Notes under the pieces: generated by a model | Seen by the model: only the letters and a program-made list of their open reading frames with translations | Told to the model about the DNA's origin: nothing | The model's database searches: none | In this document: one piece after another, positions 37,884 to 47,211 of the stretch | How positions within the stretch are numbered: the first letter of the stretch is position 1 | Layout of the letters: each line of letters begins with the position of its first letter | IMG/VR virus record: IMGVR_UViG_3300050138_000202 | Coordinates: 1 to 63,807 of that record | DNA length: 63,807 nt | Source: a virus | Taxonomy: Duplodnaviria > Caudoviricetes | Reading direction: 5' to 3' (one strand) | Position numbers and translations under genes: made by a program

Positions 37884-38161
37884 TACGGGTTATCCTGTGG
37901 TGGTGTATCTGGGGTTTTAGGTGCAACACCGGCCATATTAGACTTGTTGTCCCAGTAGTTTTTGGCCATAGCTGTAAAATGTTCAACTGAATTTCCGGCA
38001 AAAAAGGCTAGGGTAACATTTTTCGCTAAATCAACAAACCCTGGACCATCTATCAAATTAATGACCCTGAACACTATAGCTACCATTAGAATTAGGGAAA
38101 ATGCAATCATTTTCCTAAATCCCATAAGGATATCAAGTAGTTCTGCCAATCTTTGTCTCAT
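37883..38161 (-). CDS. Holin-like 2-TM protein
   Basis: GFRKMIAF.. two TMs, FFAGNSVEH. Confidence 0.55.
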   Translation of the reverse strand: MRQRLAELLDILMGFRKMIAFSLILMVAIVFRVINLIDGPGFVDLAKNVTLAFFAGNSVEHFTAMAKNYWDNKSNMAGVAPKTPDTPPQDNP

Positions 38162-38229
38162 TTTGGGACTCCTTAGTCTTCAGGGTGAGTATATCATGTA
38201 TGGGCACGAAGTCAAGCAATCTTTATTAC

Positions 38230-38613
38230 ATGGATATTACTCAAATTTCTGAACTTCAAGCTTATGGTGGCCTTGGTATTGCAATGGGCGTAGCCACGCT
38301 TGTTGTCACTCTTCAAAAGGTCGTAAAAAACTTCAAAAAGGACCGCGAAGAGCATGCGGCAAAGATCTTGCAAGAGGCCAAGGAAGAGGACAATCTCCTT
38401 AGAATTCGGCTAGAAGCCAAGATCACAGAAATTGACGCAAAAGTCAAGAACTTAGAGACCAGTGTCAACAAGGATATCAAACATCTGCAAGACGTTTATT
38501 CCGCCGAAATCAAAAGCCTGGGCGAAAAAATAGAAGTCTTGCGTGACGAGCTTCGCGACCAACATTCTCAGATGGTCGCTCTTTTGACCAAACTGGTCGA
38601 ATCTAAAGACTAA
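38230..38613 (+). CDS. TM plus coiled-coil protein (possible holin/antiholin)
   Basis: N-terminal TM; AATCTT 6 nt upstream. Confidence 0.55.
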   Translation: MDITQISELQAYGGLGIAMGVATLVVTLQKVVKNFKKDREEHAAKILQEAKEEDNLLRIRLEAKITEIDAKVKNLETSVNKDIKHLQDVYSAEIKSLGEKIEVLRDELRDQHSQMVALLTKLVESKD

Positions 38614-38966
38614 TGGGCCAAGTAAGTCCTTATTTGCGTAAAACAACAGATGGCCATTCACATTGGTGTCCAGCCTGTAAAGAAATGCACAAGCTTCCCA
38701 ATACTTGGACTTTCAACGGCGACCTGAATAAACCCACATATTCCCCAAGTTTCAAACATTCCGGCGTACAGACCGTAAACGATGAAAACGGAAAATGGAC
38801 CGGCGAGTGGAAGCTCGACGCTAACGGAAAGGGCATACCTTTCATTTGTCATTATATCTTAACAAATGGCATCCTGAACTTCTGCGGCGACTGCACCCAT
38901 TCAATGTCTGGCCAGTCTGTCCCGCTACCCGAATTACCACTCTACTATCAAGACTCTAAAAATTAA
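38613..38966 (+). CDS. DUF6527-like Zn-binding protein
   Basis: CPAC..H, WTFNGD..KPTYSPS, CH.....G...FCGDCTH. Confidence 0.75.
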   Translation: MGQVSPYLRKTTDGHSHWCPACKEMHKLPNTWTFNGDLNKPTYSPSFKHSGVQTVNDENGKWTGEWKLDANGKGIPFICHYILTNGILNFCGDCTHSMSGQSVPLPELPLYYQDSKN

Positions 38967-39253
38967 TTAGTCGAACAGCTGCAAGCAGTTACAGACGGAT
39001 GATTTGGATAAGGCCAATTTGTCGACCCATACCCGTTGATGAAGGCGTACTCCCACGCAACGCATTCGGCTTCGGCAGTATTCTGATCACTATTACTGAA
39101 CGAACCAGCGTGAGTGCTGTATCCGTAGCCAGAGTTTGCACATGACACGTTACCGTTGCAATTATACTGCATATTGCAGGTAGTCACGGGATCTTTCTTA
39201 GCGCATCCCGCCAAAAATCCCGCCAAAATGGCGCAATACAATAAATTTCTCAT
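38963..39253 (-). CDS. Cys-rich lipoprotein
   Basis: Lipobox LAGC. Confidence 0.7.
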   Translation of the reverse strand: MRNLLYCAILAGFLAGCAKKDPVTTCNMQYNCNGNVSCANSGYGYSTHAGSFSNSDQNTAEAECVAWEYAFINGYGSTNWPYPNHPSVTACSCSTN

Positions 39254-39531
39254 ACGTCAAATCCTGCTTCCTGTGCTTCTTTCTTTGAGAGCACTGTTCC
39301 ACCACGCTCACCAGTAAGCGCTGTGCGTTTAAATGTAATAGTACGATATGCGACGAACGTGCCTTCCGGCTTAACGGTCTTATAAACTGCACGAGTTTCA
39401 GGATCTTGCGCATATTTGTCGTAACCCAAAGCCAGCATCGATTGCTCAAGTTCTTCACGGATAGTCTCCGCCAAATCCTTCTGGGCCTCGTATTCTTTGG
39501 CTAATTTAATGAAGTTTTCTTCCTTTGTCAT
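39250..39531 (-). CDS. Hypothetical phage protein
   Basis: AGGAG RBS; ATGA coupling. Confidence 0.65.
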   Translation of the reverse strand: MTKEENFIKLAKEYEAQKDLAETIREELEQSMLALGYDKYAQDPETRAVYKTVKPEGTFVAYRTITFKRTALTGERGGTVLSKKEAQEAGFDV

Positions 39532-40454
39532 TTTTTATCTCTCCTGTGTCCTTTATATTTCATATGTTTACACACCAAATCTATCAATCCACGACTGTGG
39601 GCTAAAGAATACGCTGAGCTATTGCCCTTTGCGAAATCACTTTTTGTTTCGTATTTTTTTGCTTCCAGAGCTATTGCTTCCGCAGTCCATTTGAGTATTG
39701 GTCTGCCCTTTATTGGCATATGGTAGCATACATCTTCAAAAATACAAAGCTCTTTTGCAGCAGCGTAAGCGCCACGAGCATTCTTGTAAAAATCGCCTCT
39801 TTTTGTATATTTGGGAGCCTCTTTACGAATTTTGTCCTCTGTCCATATTTTTCTGTCGCCGCCTAATTCTCCGCCCCTTCTGATGTTTAATACAGTCCAT
39901 CCATTATCTTTGTATTCTGCGATCATTCCGATTTCAGCCTTGGCGGCCTCTTCAGGAGAATACCAAATATTAAAACGGACGAATTTTTGATTTAGATTTT
40001 TCTTTGATATCAATATTTTATTGGTGTTCATATGCTGTTTATAACGCAATTCGTAATTCCAGGTAACGCCCACATAAACAGACTTATCCGAATACTCAAA
40101 CGCATACAGCGCTCTTTGCATAACATTCGATTTTGGAACCATGTGTTCGCTTACTTTATCCACAATGCCACGATAAAGGGCAATCCAGTATGATTTTGGC
40201 GAGCCATTTTTCCAATCAACCTTATGATCGTATTTTGCTGTTTCCTTCATTATCATCTCTTCGGTCCATTGAATATTTTTCCTCTTGAGTCCTGCCTCTT
40301 TGTAAATTTTCTTTGTCCATCCCTTCTTATAAATGATATTCCTAACAAAACTGGATCTAAAATCTTCTACAAACTCATATTTTTTAGCTTCCGATAGACA
40401 TCTATCATAAGTCCAATATCCTATTGGCTTCCTATTTTTCATCGAAATGCTCAA
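39528..40454 (-). CDS. GIY-YIG-like homing endonuclease with WT.E....EA.KY repeats
   Basis: ALYAFEY..SVYVGVT..R..QH; four repeats. Confidence 0.8.
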   Translation of the reverse strand: MSISMKNRKPIGYWTYDRCLSEAKKYEFVEDFRSSFVRNIIYKKGWTKKIYKEAGLKRKNIQWTEEMIMKETAKYDHKVDWKNGSPKSYWIALYRGIVDKVSEHMVPKSNVMQRALYAFEYSDKSVYVGVTWNYELRYKQHMNTNKILISKKNLNQKFVRFNIWYSPEEAAKAEIGMIAEYKDNGWTVLNIRRGGELGGDRKIWTEDKIRKEAPKYTKRGDFYKNARGAYAAAKELCIFEDVCYHMPIKGRPILKWTAEAIALEAKKYETKSDFAKGNSSAYSLAHSRGLIDLVCKHMKYKGHRRDKK

Positions 40455-40732
40455 TGTACAGTCTCCCTTTTGATCCTGAACGTAAAAACGAAACTTTTAT
40501 AAATTCCAAATTCAGCAGCGTTATGCCCTTCATTAAAACGCTTCTCCATTTCGTCAACTGCAATTTCCAATTCCTTGAAAGGAAAGCCAAGTTTGACAAC
40601 GGCATAAGTGCATATTTTTTTCAAATCACCCTTAAAGACTCCACTTGGACCATGCAATTCCCAATGTGAGCCAAGATTCAATAACTGATATCCTTTTGAA
40701 GGGGCTCGTTCTAATGTGTGAAACATTTTCAC
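40451..40732 (-). CDS. Hypothetical protein
   Basis: GAGGA RBS. Confidence 0.6.
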   Translation of the reverse strand: MKMFHTLERAPSKGYQLLNLGSHWELHGPSGVFKGDLKKICTYAVVKLGFPFKELEIAVDEMEKRFNEGHNAAEFGIYKSFVFTFRIKRETVH

Positions 40733-40927
40733 TCCTCAACCAAGATGTTAAACCAAGTGAGTAAGAATTGCAAGGAAATATTTATTTTCATTTCTTTAAA
40801 AATATTCGGTTCTCAAAGTGTCTTTAGATGATATAGAGTAGTGTCAGGTCAAGTCTTGGCGGAACGCCATAGTGACTTAATCAGTCTTTAATTTTATACA
40901 CAGCTTAGCAAAACTTTTGAAGGCAAA

Positions 40928-41431
40928 ATGGAAAAAGAAACCGAATTACGAGAAGTTATCAGAGATGACATTCAGATCGTTGGCTCCGTGGCTACATGGA
41001 CTATGCGTCTTGACGGGAACGTGTCGGGAACTTTCACTGGCACATTCCAGTTCCGTTGCTTCCTGACTCCACTCCAACGCATCGCTGCAGGCCGCGAACA
41101 ACGCGCTCTCCTAGGCGAATCACGCACATTCGTTGAAACTCCCGACTATGAGCACGAGGCCTATCTCGCATATATATTGACGCAACTCAAATATCGCATT
41201 ATCTCAGCCCCTCCTTTCTGGACAACCGCTGGTATAAACAAGAGCCATGAGGGCGATATCCCTGATGAAAACGTATTAGAGAAAGTCATCGACGCCGCGA
41301 CCGACGCGGAACTCATCTACAAACAACGCTTGCGAAAACTCAAAGAAGAAGCAATTGTCAGGGCCAATCTTGGTGCTAAAGCCGTGGAAGAACAGCTTAA
41401 AAAAGAAGATCCATCAGAGGCTATGGAGTGA
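40928..41431 (+). CDS. Putative tail assembly chaperone
   Basis: GTFQFR..I....R...LG, IISAPPFW pattern resembling myovirus chaperones. Confidence 0.5.
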   Translation: MEKETELREVIRDDIQIVGSVATWTMRLDGNVSGTFTGTFQFRCFLTPLQRIAAGREQRALLGESRTFVETPDYEHEAYLAYILTQLKYRIISAPPFWTTAGINKSHEGDIPDENVLEKVIDAATDAELIYKQRLRKLKEEAIVRANLGAKAVEEQLKKEDPSEAME

Positions 41432-41901
41432 TCTCTCTTGACGACATCATAGACTACTGCAAGGCCGAAGCTATCTCGGGTAAATTTTATCCTACAGAGG
41501 TTTCTAACTGGCGTTGGTTTTGTCGTGAGTACTCAAAGACGTTTCACACTCCACTGCTTACCGTTATGAGTATGGACCCAGAACATGTAATCCTTACAGT
41601 GTTCGAAGATGGATATGATTCGCGCAGACTTCGCAAAGCAGAAGACGTTGAGTTCATAGTTACCGAATTGCGCAGACTTGAAGATCCAGACTACGATGCA
41701 AATCAAGAAAAAGTAATGAACGACTGGTCAGCAGGCATCGAACAGTGGGAAGAAAATCGTGTTGCCAAGGGCGCACCAATTCCACACAAGAACGATCCGA
41801 AACCCATACCGCCAAAGCCGCTTCCAAAAGAAGGCGGCATCAACTTGGATTACATGTCCCGAGAAGAAGAAGGCGATCCCGAAAACGGTTTTGACGAGTA
41901 G
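41428..41901 (+). CDS. Putative second tail chaperone
   Basis: GTGA-coupled; WRWFCREYSKTF; acidic tail. Confidence 0.45.
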   Translation: MISLDDIIDYCKAEAISGKFYPTEVSNWRWFCREYSKTFHTPLLTVMSMDPEHVILTVFEDGYDSRRLRKAEDVEFIVTELRRLEDPDYDANQEKVMNDWSAGIEQWEENRVAKGAPIPHKNDPKPIPPKPLPKEGGINLDYMSREEEGDPENGFDE

Positions 41902-41903
41902 AT

Positions 41904-42221
41904 ATGGCTAAATTCACCATGAGAGAAAGGATCGAACGCTCTTGGATTCGTACCCACAATTACTTAGAAGCCTATCTATCAAATCATCCATGCGTGAAGT
42001 GTGGCGAGACAGATCCGATTCTGTTGGACTTCGACCATATCGATCCTCATACAAAAACTAGAAATATTTCGGAGTACAGACATGGCACCTGGAGCATAAA
42101 GTCTCTGGAAAAAGAAATAGCTAAATGCCAAATACTTTGTGCGAATTGTCATCGAAGAAAAACTCGCACGGAGACCAGACATTTAGTAACCCGCGTGCAT
42201 AAGCTAGAGAGATCCCCATAA
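41904..42221 (+). CDS. HNH endonuclease
   Basis: CVKCG..LDFDHIDP..EIAKCQILCANCHR. Confidence 0.88.
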   Translation: MAKFTMRERIERSWIRTHNYLEAYLSNHPCVKCGETDPILLDFDHIDPHTKTRNISEYRHGTWSIKSLEKEIAKCQILCANCHRRKTRTETRHLVTRVHKLERSP

Positions 42222-42287
42222 ATGGGTTACTTTAGCAAGAGTCACACACAAATGGGTTACCCTATTTTAGGATGATATCTGCCTAAT

Positions 42288-42446
42288 TTAGGCAAGTTTC
42301 GCAATGCGAGCTTCAGTCTTTCTCAAATCAATTTCCAATACAACTCGAAGCTCCTTGTTGAGTTCCTTATTGCTCAGGCGTTGCTTTAGGCCTTCAGCAT
42401 AAACCTTGAGTTTTGCGGCTTTATCACTTGGTACTGGGGCTGCCAT
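42288..42446 (-). CDS. Small hypothetical protein (52 aa, below ORF-track cutoff)
   Basis: MAAPVPSDKAAKL...; AAGGA RBS. Confidence 0.5.
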   Translation of the reverse strand: MAAPVPSDKAAKLKVYAEGLKQRLSNKELNKELRVVLEIDLRKTEARIAKLA

Positions 42447-42606
42447 TTTTATCCTTCACTTTCTTTAATTGTAGTTTTAGTTTCCAGTTTTGTTTTTCTA
42501 ATTCTTCTATAAGTTCTTGTTTTTGCGTTACGGTTTCGCGCAGATTAGATTCGTCAAGCTCCTCTTGTTTGCAGCGAGCACAGGAGTTGTTATTACAGCA
42601 CGCCAC
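42424..42606 (-). CDS. Small coiled-coil protein
   Basis: AGGAG RBS, GTG start. Confidence 0.5.
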   Translation of the reverse strand: MACCNNNSCARCKQEELDESNLRETVTQKQELIEELEKQNWKLKLQLKKVKDKNGSPSTK

Positions 42607-43381
42607 GATCTTCTCCTAGTGTCGGCGTTCGTGTTCCTAAAAAAGCTCTGTCTTGCGAAAATATTGGCGGCTCAGCAGATATCCAACGATTTCTCTTGGT
42701 CATCCCGCTATTGCCGGTCTCTGGATTATATGCGGGAGCGTCGTACTGCTCTCTGATAATGACGCGTCCACGCTTGAATCCAACCGGATAGTCGTTCCAG
42801 TTCTGGCCCTTCTGCCACATCAACTCCTGCAGCTGCGAAGTATCCTTGCCGTCCAACTCTTTTTGCTTATAGAGCTTCTGCGCACCCATCTGAATGCTAT
42901 TGCGAGTCGCGTCCTGCTGTCTCCACAGGAAGTAGTTGAACACTTCATTGCGGTCAGGAATGGTCCATACTCGCGAATCAAAGTACGCGATCTTATCCAT
43001 GTTAGCCAAGATCTCTTCGTCAAGGTACATGCCATTGTTAAAGTGCGCTGTCGCAATCGAGGCACTCACAGAAACGATTTTCTGAATGTTGCCCTTAAAC
43101 CAAGCGTCTGTGTGTATGTTGTCGAAGTCAGTCATCAAGATGCTGATCTCATCAGACTGCACGTAGGCGTACCTAACGTGCTGCAGGCGCTCACAAAGGG
43201 CGATTGCAGTCTGATCCATGATGCGCATAAGACGCAGGTCATACGGACGCGCGAAGCCTTTGGTATATGTGTGGAAGGCCTTACCGTCCAATCGAATCAC
43301 GGTATAGGTGCGCGGAGGTAGACTGGTGCGAGTTATGTTCTCGTACCGCTTCATTCGTTCGCCAAGTTCGTCATTTTTCAT
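42593..43381 (-). CDS. thg1: tRNA(His) guanylyltransferase Thg1-like 3'-5' polymerase
   Basis: RMKRYE, IRLDGKAFH, YVQSDEIS, FDSR, WRQQDATRNS, FKRG. Confidence 0.95.
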   Translation of the reverse strand: MKNDELGERMKRYENITRTSLPPRTYTVIRLDGKAFHTYTKGFARPYDLRLMRIMDQTAIALCERLQHVRYAYVQSDEISILMTDFDNIHTDAWFKGNIQKIVSVSASIATAHFNNGMYLDEEILANMDKIAYFDSRVWTIPDRNEVFNYFLWRQQDATRNSIQMGAQKLYKQKELDGKDTSQLQELMWQKGQNWNDYPVGFKRGRVIIREQYDAPAYNPETGNSGMTKRNRWISAEPPIFSQDRAFLGTRTPTLGEDRGVL

Positions 43382-43608
43382 ACTGCTCCCGATCTAGGTA
43401 CGTCTGGATCGTCGTCACCTTGGCCAGCCCACTTCCTCTTTTTCAGTTCTGTCATCAACTCACCGATGCGCCAGAGACTGAAGCACTCCACTATCACCTT
43501 ATAGATCATCCTGCGCGTAGTGTGATCTGGAGGATTGTATGAGAACTCAACCTCGCGCAATAGGCGCACGGCCTCCTGAAGTTTTTCTAGGCGCTCGTTG
43601 TCTGTCAT
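43378..43608 (-). CDS. Hypothetical protein
   Basis: GGAGG RBS; coupling. Confidence 0.6.
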   Translation of the reverse strand: MTDNERLEKLQEAVRLLREVEFSYNPPDHTTRRMIYKVIVECFSLWRIGELMTELKKRKWAGQGDDDPDVPRSGAV

Positions 43609-43847
43609 TGTTCCTCCACCAAGCACGCAGACAATTCATCTGCGCGGACCACGGTTTTTATGAAGCCAGTCTTTTTCAAAGCGCATGCGATCAAGCGCTT
43701 TTGACACGATCTTTGCATATCCATACTTCTCTGCAGCATTATTTTATGATGTGCCAAGATCGTGTCTTCGAAACCATACTGTCCGCCCATTCCCATCGAG
43801 CCAACTTGGCACGCCATGATGATTACTTTAAGGATTTCGAGTGTCAT
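43605..43847 (-). CDS. Hypothetical protein
   Basis: GGAGG RBS; coupling. Confidence 0.55.
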   Translation of the reverse strand: MTLEILKVIIMACQVGSMGMGGQYGFEDTILAHHKIMLQRSMDMQRSCQKRLIACALKKTGFIKTVVRADELSACLVEEQ

Positions 43848-44332
43848 AAATCGCCTCCAAATTCTTTGTTTAAAAACCGCAGCTTAGACTGAATGCGATC
43901 ATGCAGGTATTGGCACCAAATAGCGTGCTTCTGTTCCTTGGGCATCTCCGCAGACAGTTGTGGGTTTACGTACCCAGCGAAAAGAAAGTCGATCCAGACC
44001 ATAGGCAGGTTCTCGCGCTCGATCATGCTGGGAATATCTAGGTCAGGACTGATGATGAACAGAGCGTCCGCATTGAGCGCCCTCTTCATCCAAGACTCAT
44101 CGGTCTCTGCATGTCCGGCGCGAGTCACGATCTGGTAGCCACGAGCCTCGATCTTCTTGGCCAAGGCTGCCCCTATACTTTCGTCAATCGCGACTTTGAT
44201 TTTGACTTTACTCTTTGTCGCAAGTGGCATGAACTTGGGTGGGGACCTAAGCTCCTCTTCGTCATATTGGCGCACAGACTCATTCTTGCCTATGCTGTAT
44301 CTAGTGAAGAAATTTATAATGGCCGTGATCAT
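43844..44332 (-). CDS. PIN-like (DUF5615/Mut7-C) domain protein
   Basis: AIDESIG...GYQIV...TDESW..A....FIISPDLD pattern. Confidence 0.6.
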   Translation of the reverse strand: MITAIINFFTRYSIGKNESVRQYDEEELRSPPKFMPLATKSKVKIKVAIDESIGAALAKKIEARGYQIVTRAGHAETDESWMKRALNADALFIISPDLDIPSMIERENLPMVWIDFLFAGYVNPQLSAEMPKEQKHAIWCQYLHDRIQSKLRFLNKEFGGDL

Positions 44333-45336
44333 TTGTTTTCCTCGAATCTTGCTCCGATGCCCAACGACTTTTCTTCAGCCTGTGGCATTCTGAACAGGGT
44401 GCGTAGGCGCAGGATCTCGTCTCCCATCACCTTCTTCTCACGATACACCGCATTAACCAATGCAGTCAAGTGGTCAATGGAGAAGCCAGCACTGTTATCG
44501 ACTATGTAATCGATATCCCTGTGATTTTTCAGTATCGCTTTGAGATAAGCCGCACGCGCCGCAGCGCCAGGATAGCCGATCTTGATTACGTGACTGAAAC
44601 GACCAGGGCGATTGTAAATGCGCGGGTCCAAACGCTCTGGATAGTTCGTGGTCGCAATAAACAGTACGTTGTCAATGGACTGCGCGCTGTCGAGCATGGC
44701 GAGGTAGTGAGCCTCACCGTAGTTTGCAATCAGAGAATCAAAATCCTCAAGAATAACAATGCTCTTGCGATCTTTTTCAATCGCGGAGAAGTCACTCAAA
44801 AAGCTCATCACATTGGCTGGGTGATTCGATGCATAGAATACCGTGCCGCCTCTCTCAATTAGTTTGTTCGAGACCAGCTTGACAGTGCAAGTCTTGCCAG
44901 TGCCCGGAGGTCCGTAGATCATGATGCCAGCTTTGTAAGCAGCGCCGCCAATAACGAACTCGTTGCCTTCCTTGTAGTCCTTCTCTGAGGCCCAGAAGTT
45001 CTCGATCACTTGAATTACTTGCTCGGATCTCATTTCAGGAAGCTCCATCAGCAATCCACTTGGCTTAGGGGCTGGTACCACGTATGTGCAGCGAGGATCG
45101 GAAGTAATGTCGTAGCATCCAGACGGAAGCCGCCCAACGGTTGATGCCGTAGCGGTGTACCCACGACCGTATATCGCGTACTGGCACACTTCATCAGGCT
45201 CTGCAACCTCGTCAGGATTCTTGGTCTTGACGGGAGCCGCAGCTTTGCCAGCCTTGAGAGTTGCCGCAGGCTTCTCTTCTTTGAACTTCTCGTTCGCTTC
45301 AACCCAGTCTTTTGCATCGTCAATTTCGTCGCTCAT
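44329..45336 (-). CDS. AAA+ ATPase
   Basis: Walker A GPPGTGKT, Walker B VILEDFD, TTNYPERLD..RPGRF. Confidence 0.92.
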   Translation of the reverse strand: MSDEIDDAKDWVEANEKFKEEKPAATLKAGKAAAPVKTKNPDEVAEPDEVCQYAIYGRGYTATASTVGRLPSGCYDITSDPRCTYVVPAPKPSGLLMELPEMRSEQVIQVIENFWASEKDYKEGNEFVIGGAAYKAGIMIYGPPGTGKTCTVKLVSNKLIERGGTVFYASNHPANVMSFLSDFSAIEKDRKSIVILEDFDSLIANYGEAHYLAMLDSAQSIDNVLFIATTNYPERLDPRIYNRPGRFSHVIKIGYPGAAARAAYLKAILKNHRDIDYIVDNSAGFSIDHLTALVNAVYREKKVMGDEILRLRTLFRMPQAEEKSLGIGARFEENK

Positions 45337-45767
45337 ACTTTCTCCGTGAATTTGTTGGCTGCTTTAATTGCGCTACTCGAAACATGAACTAAACTTCTAT
45401 CAGAAATGATGTGGAATATCGGCATTTTGAGACCCAAGTCTTGATACCAGTATGTGAGGATTTGCTCTTCGCAGAAATCTTTTTCGTTGCGCATGCCGCG
45501 AATGATTGCGAAGCTCGGGCGCTCCAGATCGTCTGCGAATCCAATAACGTAATTGCCGATTGCCTTAACAATCGACATCTCGGGACGATATAGGTACTCG
45601 GCGCGAGGATGGTTTGGATTAGACTTCTGCGGACCAGCGTCGTCTTTGCCAAAGGAACTCATTTGCAAAATAACGATTTTGTCAAACAGCATCAATGCTT
45701 TATTTAAAACATCCTGGTGCCCATCGTGCCATGGATTAAAAGAACCTGGGTAAAAAGCGATTTTCAT
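45333..45767 (-). CDS. coaD: Phosphopantetheine adenylyltransferase-like
   Basis: YPGSFNPWHDGH, IIRGMRNEKDF, VSSSAIK. Confidence 0.82.
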   Translation of the reverse strand: MKIAFYPGSFNPWHDGHQDVLNKALMLFDKIVILQMSSFGKDDAGPQKSNPNHPRAEYLYRPEMSIVKAIGNYVIGFADDLERPSFAIIRGMRNEKDFCEEQILTYWYQDLGLKMPIFHIISDRSLVHVSSSAIKAANKFTEKV

Positions 45768-46012
45768 TTTGCCTTCCTGGGTTTGCGTTTCTTCTTGGGC
45801 TCCGGCTCCCATTGTGTACGTGGGATTACGTGACCAACCGTCCTGCCCATGTAATCAGTATCTGTGCAATCCTGAAACCAAATGGGCGGCTGCATCTTGA
45901 TCTTTTCCTCGATTACCTTCATTACGGCTTCAGCGGTGCGAATCTCGATCTTGGAGCTTTCCCACGGCAGAAGTACTTCTAGAATTTCTTTTAATGCGTC
46001 TGAGCGTTTCAT
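45764..46012 (-). CDS. Hypothetical protein
   Basis: ATGA coupling on both sides. Confidence 0.6.
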   Translation of the reverse strand: MKRSDALKEILEVLLPWESSKIEIRTAEAVMKVIEEKIKMQPPIWFQDCTDTDYMGRTVGHVIPRTQWEPEPKKKRKPRKAK

Positions 46013-46611
46013 GTGTTCACCAAGATCAAATAGATCAGGAGGTAATGGGTTAAGTGATGGACCATCTGGTCAAGGCCCAACGACCACCAGAATAACACAT
46101 TGGATCGCATTTTTACAGCAAATGTTGCTTCGCAGTCTACGAGTCTATGCTGAAATTGCTTCATGCCTTCTGCGTTAGGCAATCTGTACGGTTCATTTGG
46201 GTCCATCATCATCTTAAGATGCTCTACGTCCCTGACATGATTGTGGTATTCGCCCTTACTTATGGCCTGAAAGCGACCAAGCAAATCTGGGCTAGCCTTG
46301 ATGCGATCCATAACAAAATGTATGGCGGCGTCCAACATTGAGAGACCTAGCGAGAACCAGCATATTTCGCCCATAGCGACGAGTGGCGCGTTGTGAAGAA
46401 TTCCTTGGTAGGTTTGGGTGTAGTGGTAAAGGGTGAATCCAAATGCGATCACAAACGTGAACGCGGCGTGTACGCCTACGTGCGCGAGCAACGGCATGAT
46501 CCACGCAGTGCCACCCTTGAACTTGCCAAGCATGTACTTACCCTGCAATGGGTAATCAGCCAGGAAGTGTTTGACTTGATAAATGATGAGCAGCAAAAAA
46601 ACAGTTTTCAT
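46009..46611 (-). CDS. DUF3307 membrane protein
   Basis: KHFLADYPLQ, HVGVH, HFVMDRIK, GLDQMVH. Confidence 0.85.
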   Translation of the reverse strand: MKTVFLLLIIYQVKHFLADYPLQGKYMLGKFKGGTAWIMPLLAHVGVHAAFTFVIAFGFTLYHYTQTYQGILHNAPLVAMGEICWFSLGLSMLDAAIHFVMDRIKASPDLLGRFQAISKGEYHNHVRDVEHLKMMMDPNEPYRLPNAEGMKQFQHRLVDCEATFAVKMRSNVLFWWSLGLDQMVHHLTHYLLIYLILVNT

Positions 46612-47036
46612 AAATAGTCTCCTGGCTGTGCATGCGGCAATTCTTGCATGTACTCGCTTAAGTGCAGCGAGAAGCACGGATCTCCGAATACGTAAGGGTA
46701 CATTATCGAAGCAGGGCAGCCATCGGCCAAGAGACCTCTGCTATGCAGGCGATTGAATATACAGTGCCCTAGCTCATGATCTATCAATTCGCACTGAGTG
46801 TTCGCATCGATGCTGGCCCAGTAGTCTGGATCAATCTCTATGTCTTTGTAGCCATCGCTGTACGTCTTGCATTCACCAACTGTTAAGCCAGACTGTGGAC
46901 GAAAGCCTATTGATACGCTCACGTTCATATTGAACTGTTGCCCAAACTTTTGGTAGCACGAATTGAATGCGGGATCTATGCCAATACTTGGCGCGCATCC
47001 AATTAGCATGAGCGGCAGGATCAACAGCAGTCTCAC
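46608..47036 (-). CDS. Lipoprotein zinc metallopeptidase
   Basis: Lipobox LIGC; HELGHCIFNRLH; SIM Met-turn. Confidence 0.8.
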   Translation of the reverse strand: MRLLLILPLMLIGCAPSIGIDPAFNSCYQKFGQQFNMNVSVSIGFRPQSGLTVGECKTYSDGYKDIEIDPDYWASIDANTQCELIDHELGHCIFNRLHSRGLLADGCPASIMYPYVFGDPCFSLHLSEYMQELPHAQPGDYL

Positions 47037-47211
47037 ACACCCTCCAAAATCATTTCAGCAATGCCACACAAGTGAACCAAAACTTCATCCCGTCCACCTT
47101 CGTGTCCGTTTTTCCATGCCAAGCAATAAGCCTCAGCGGCATGTGGATGCCCTTCGAGGCCCACTGCCTTGATTGCTTGGATTCTGAATAGCTCCCATGC
47201 AATTGCGTCCA

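Noticed and set aside
42186-42262. Short AATGGGTTAC direct/inverted repeats
   Set aside because: Only two or three 7-11 nt copies at a convergent gene junction; not enough to assign a function.
42653-43321. Long antisense ORFs (also 19-543, 49741-50499, 15046-15588, 21164-21727)
   Set aside because: Shadows of well-supported opposite-strand genes, with no recognisable motifs.
44329-45336. AAA ATPase as the sigma54 activator
   Set aside because: No GAFTGA loop or C-terminal HTH; it is a classical AAA-clade protein.
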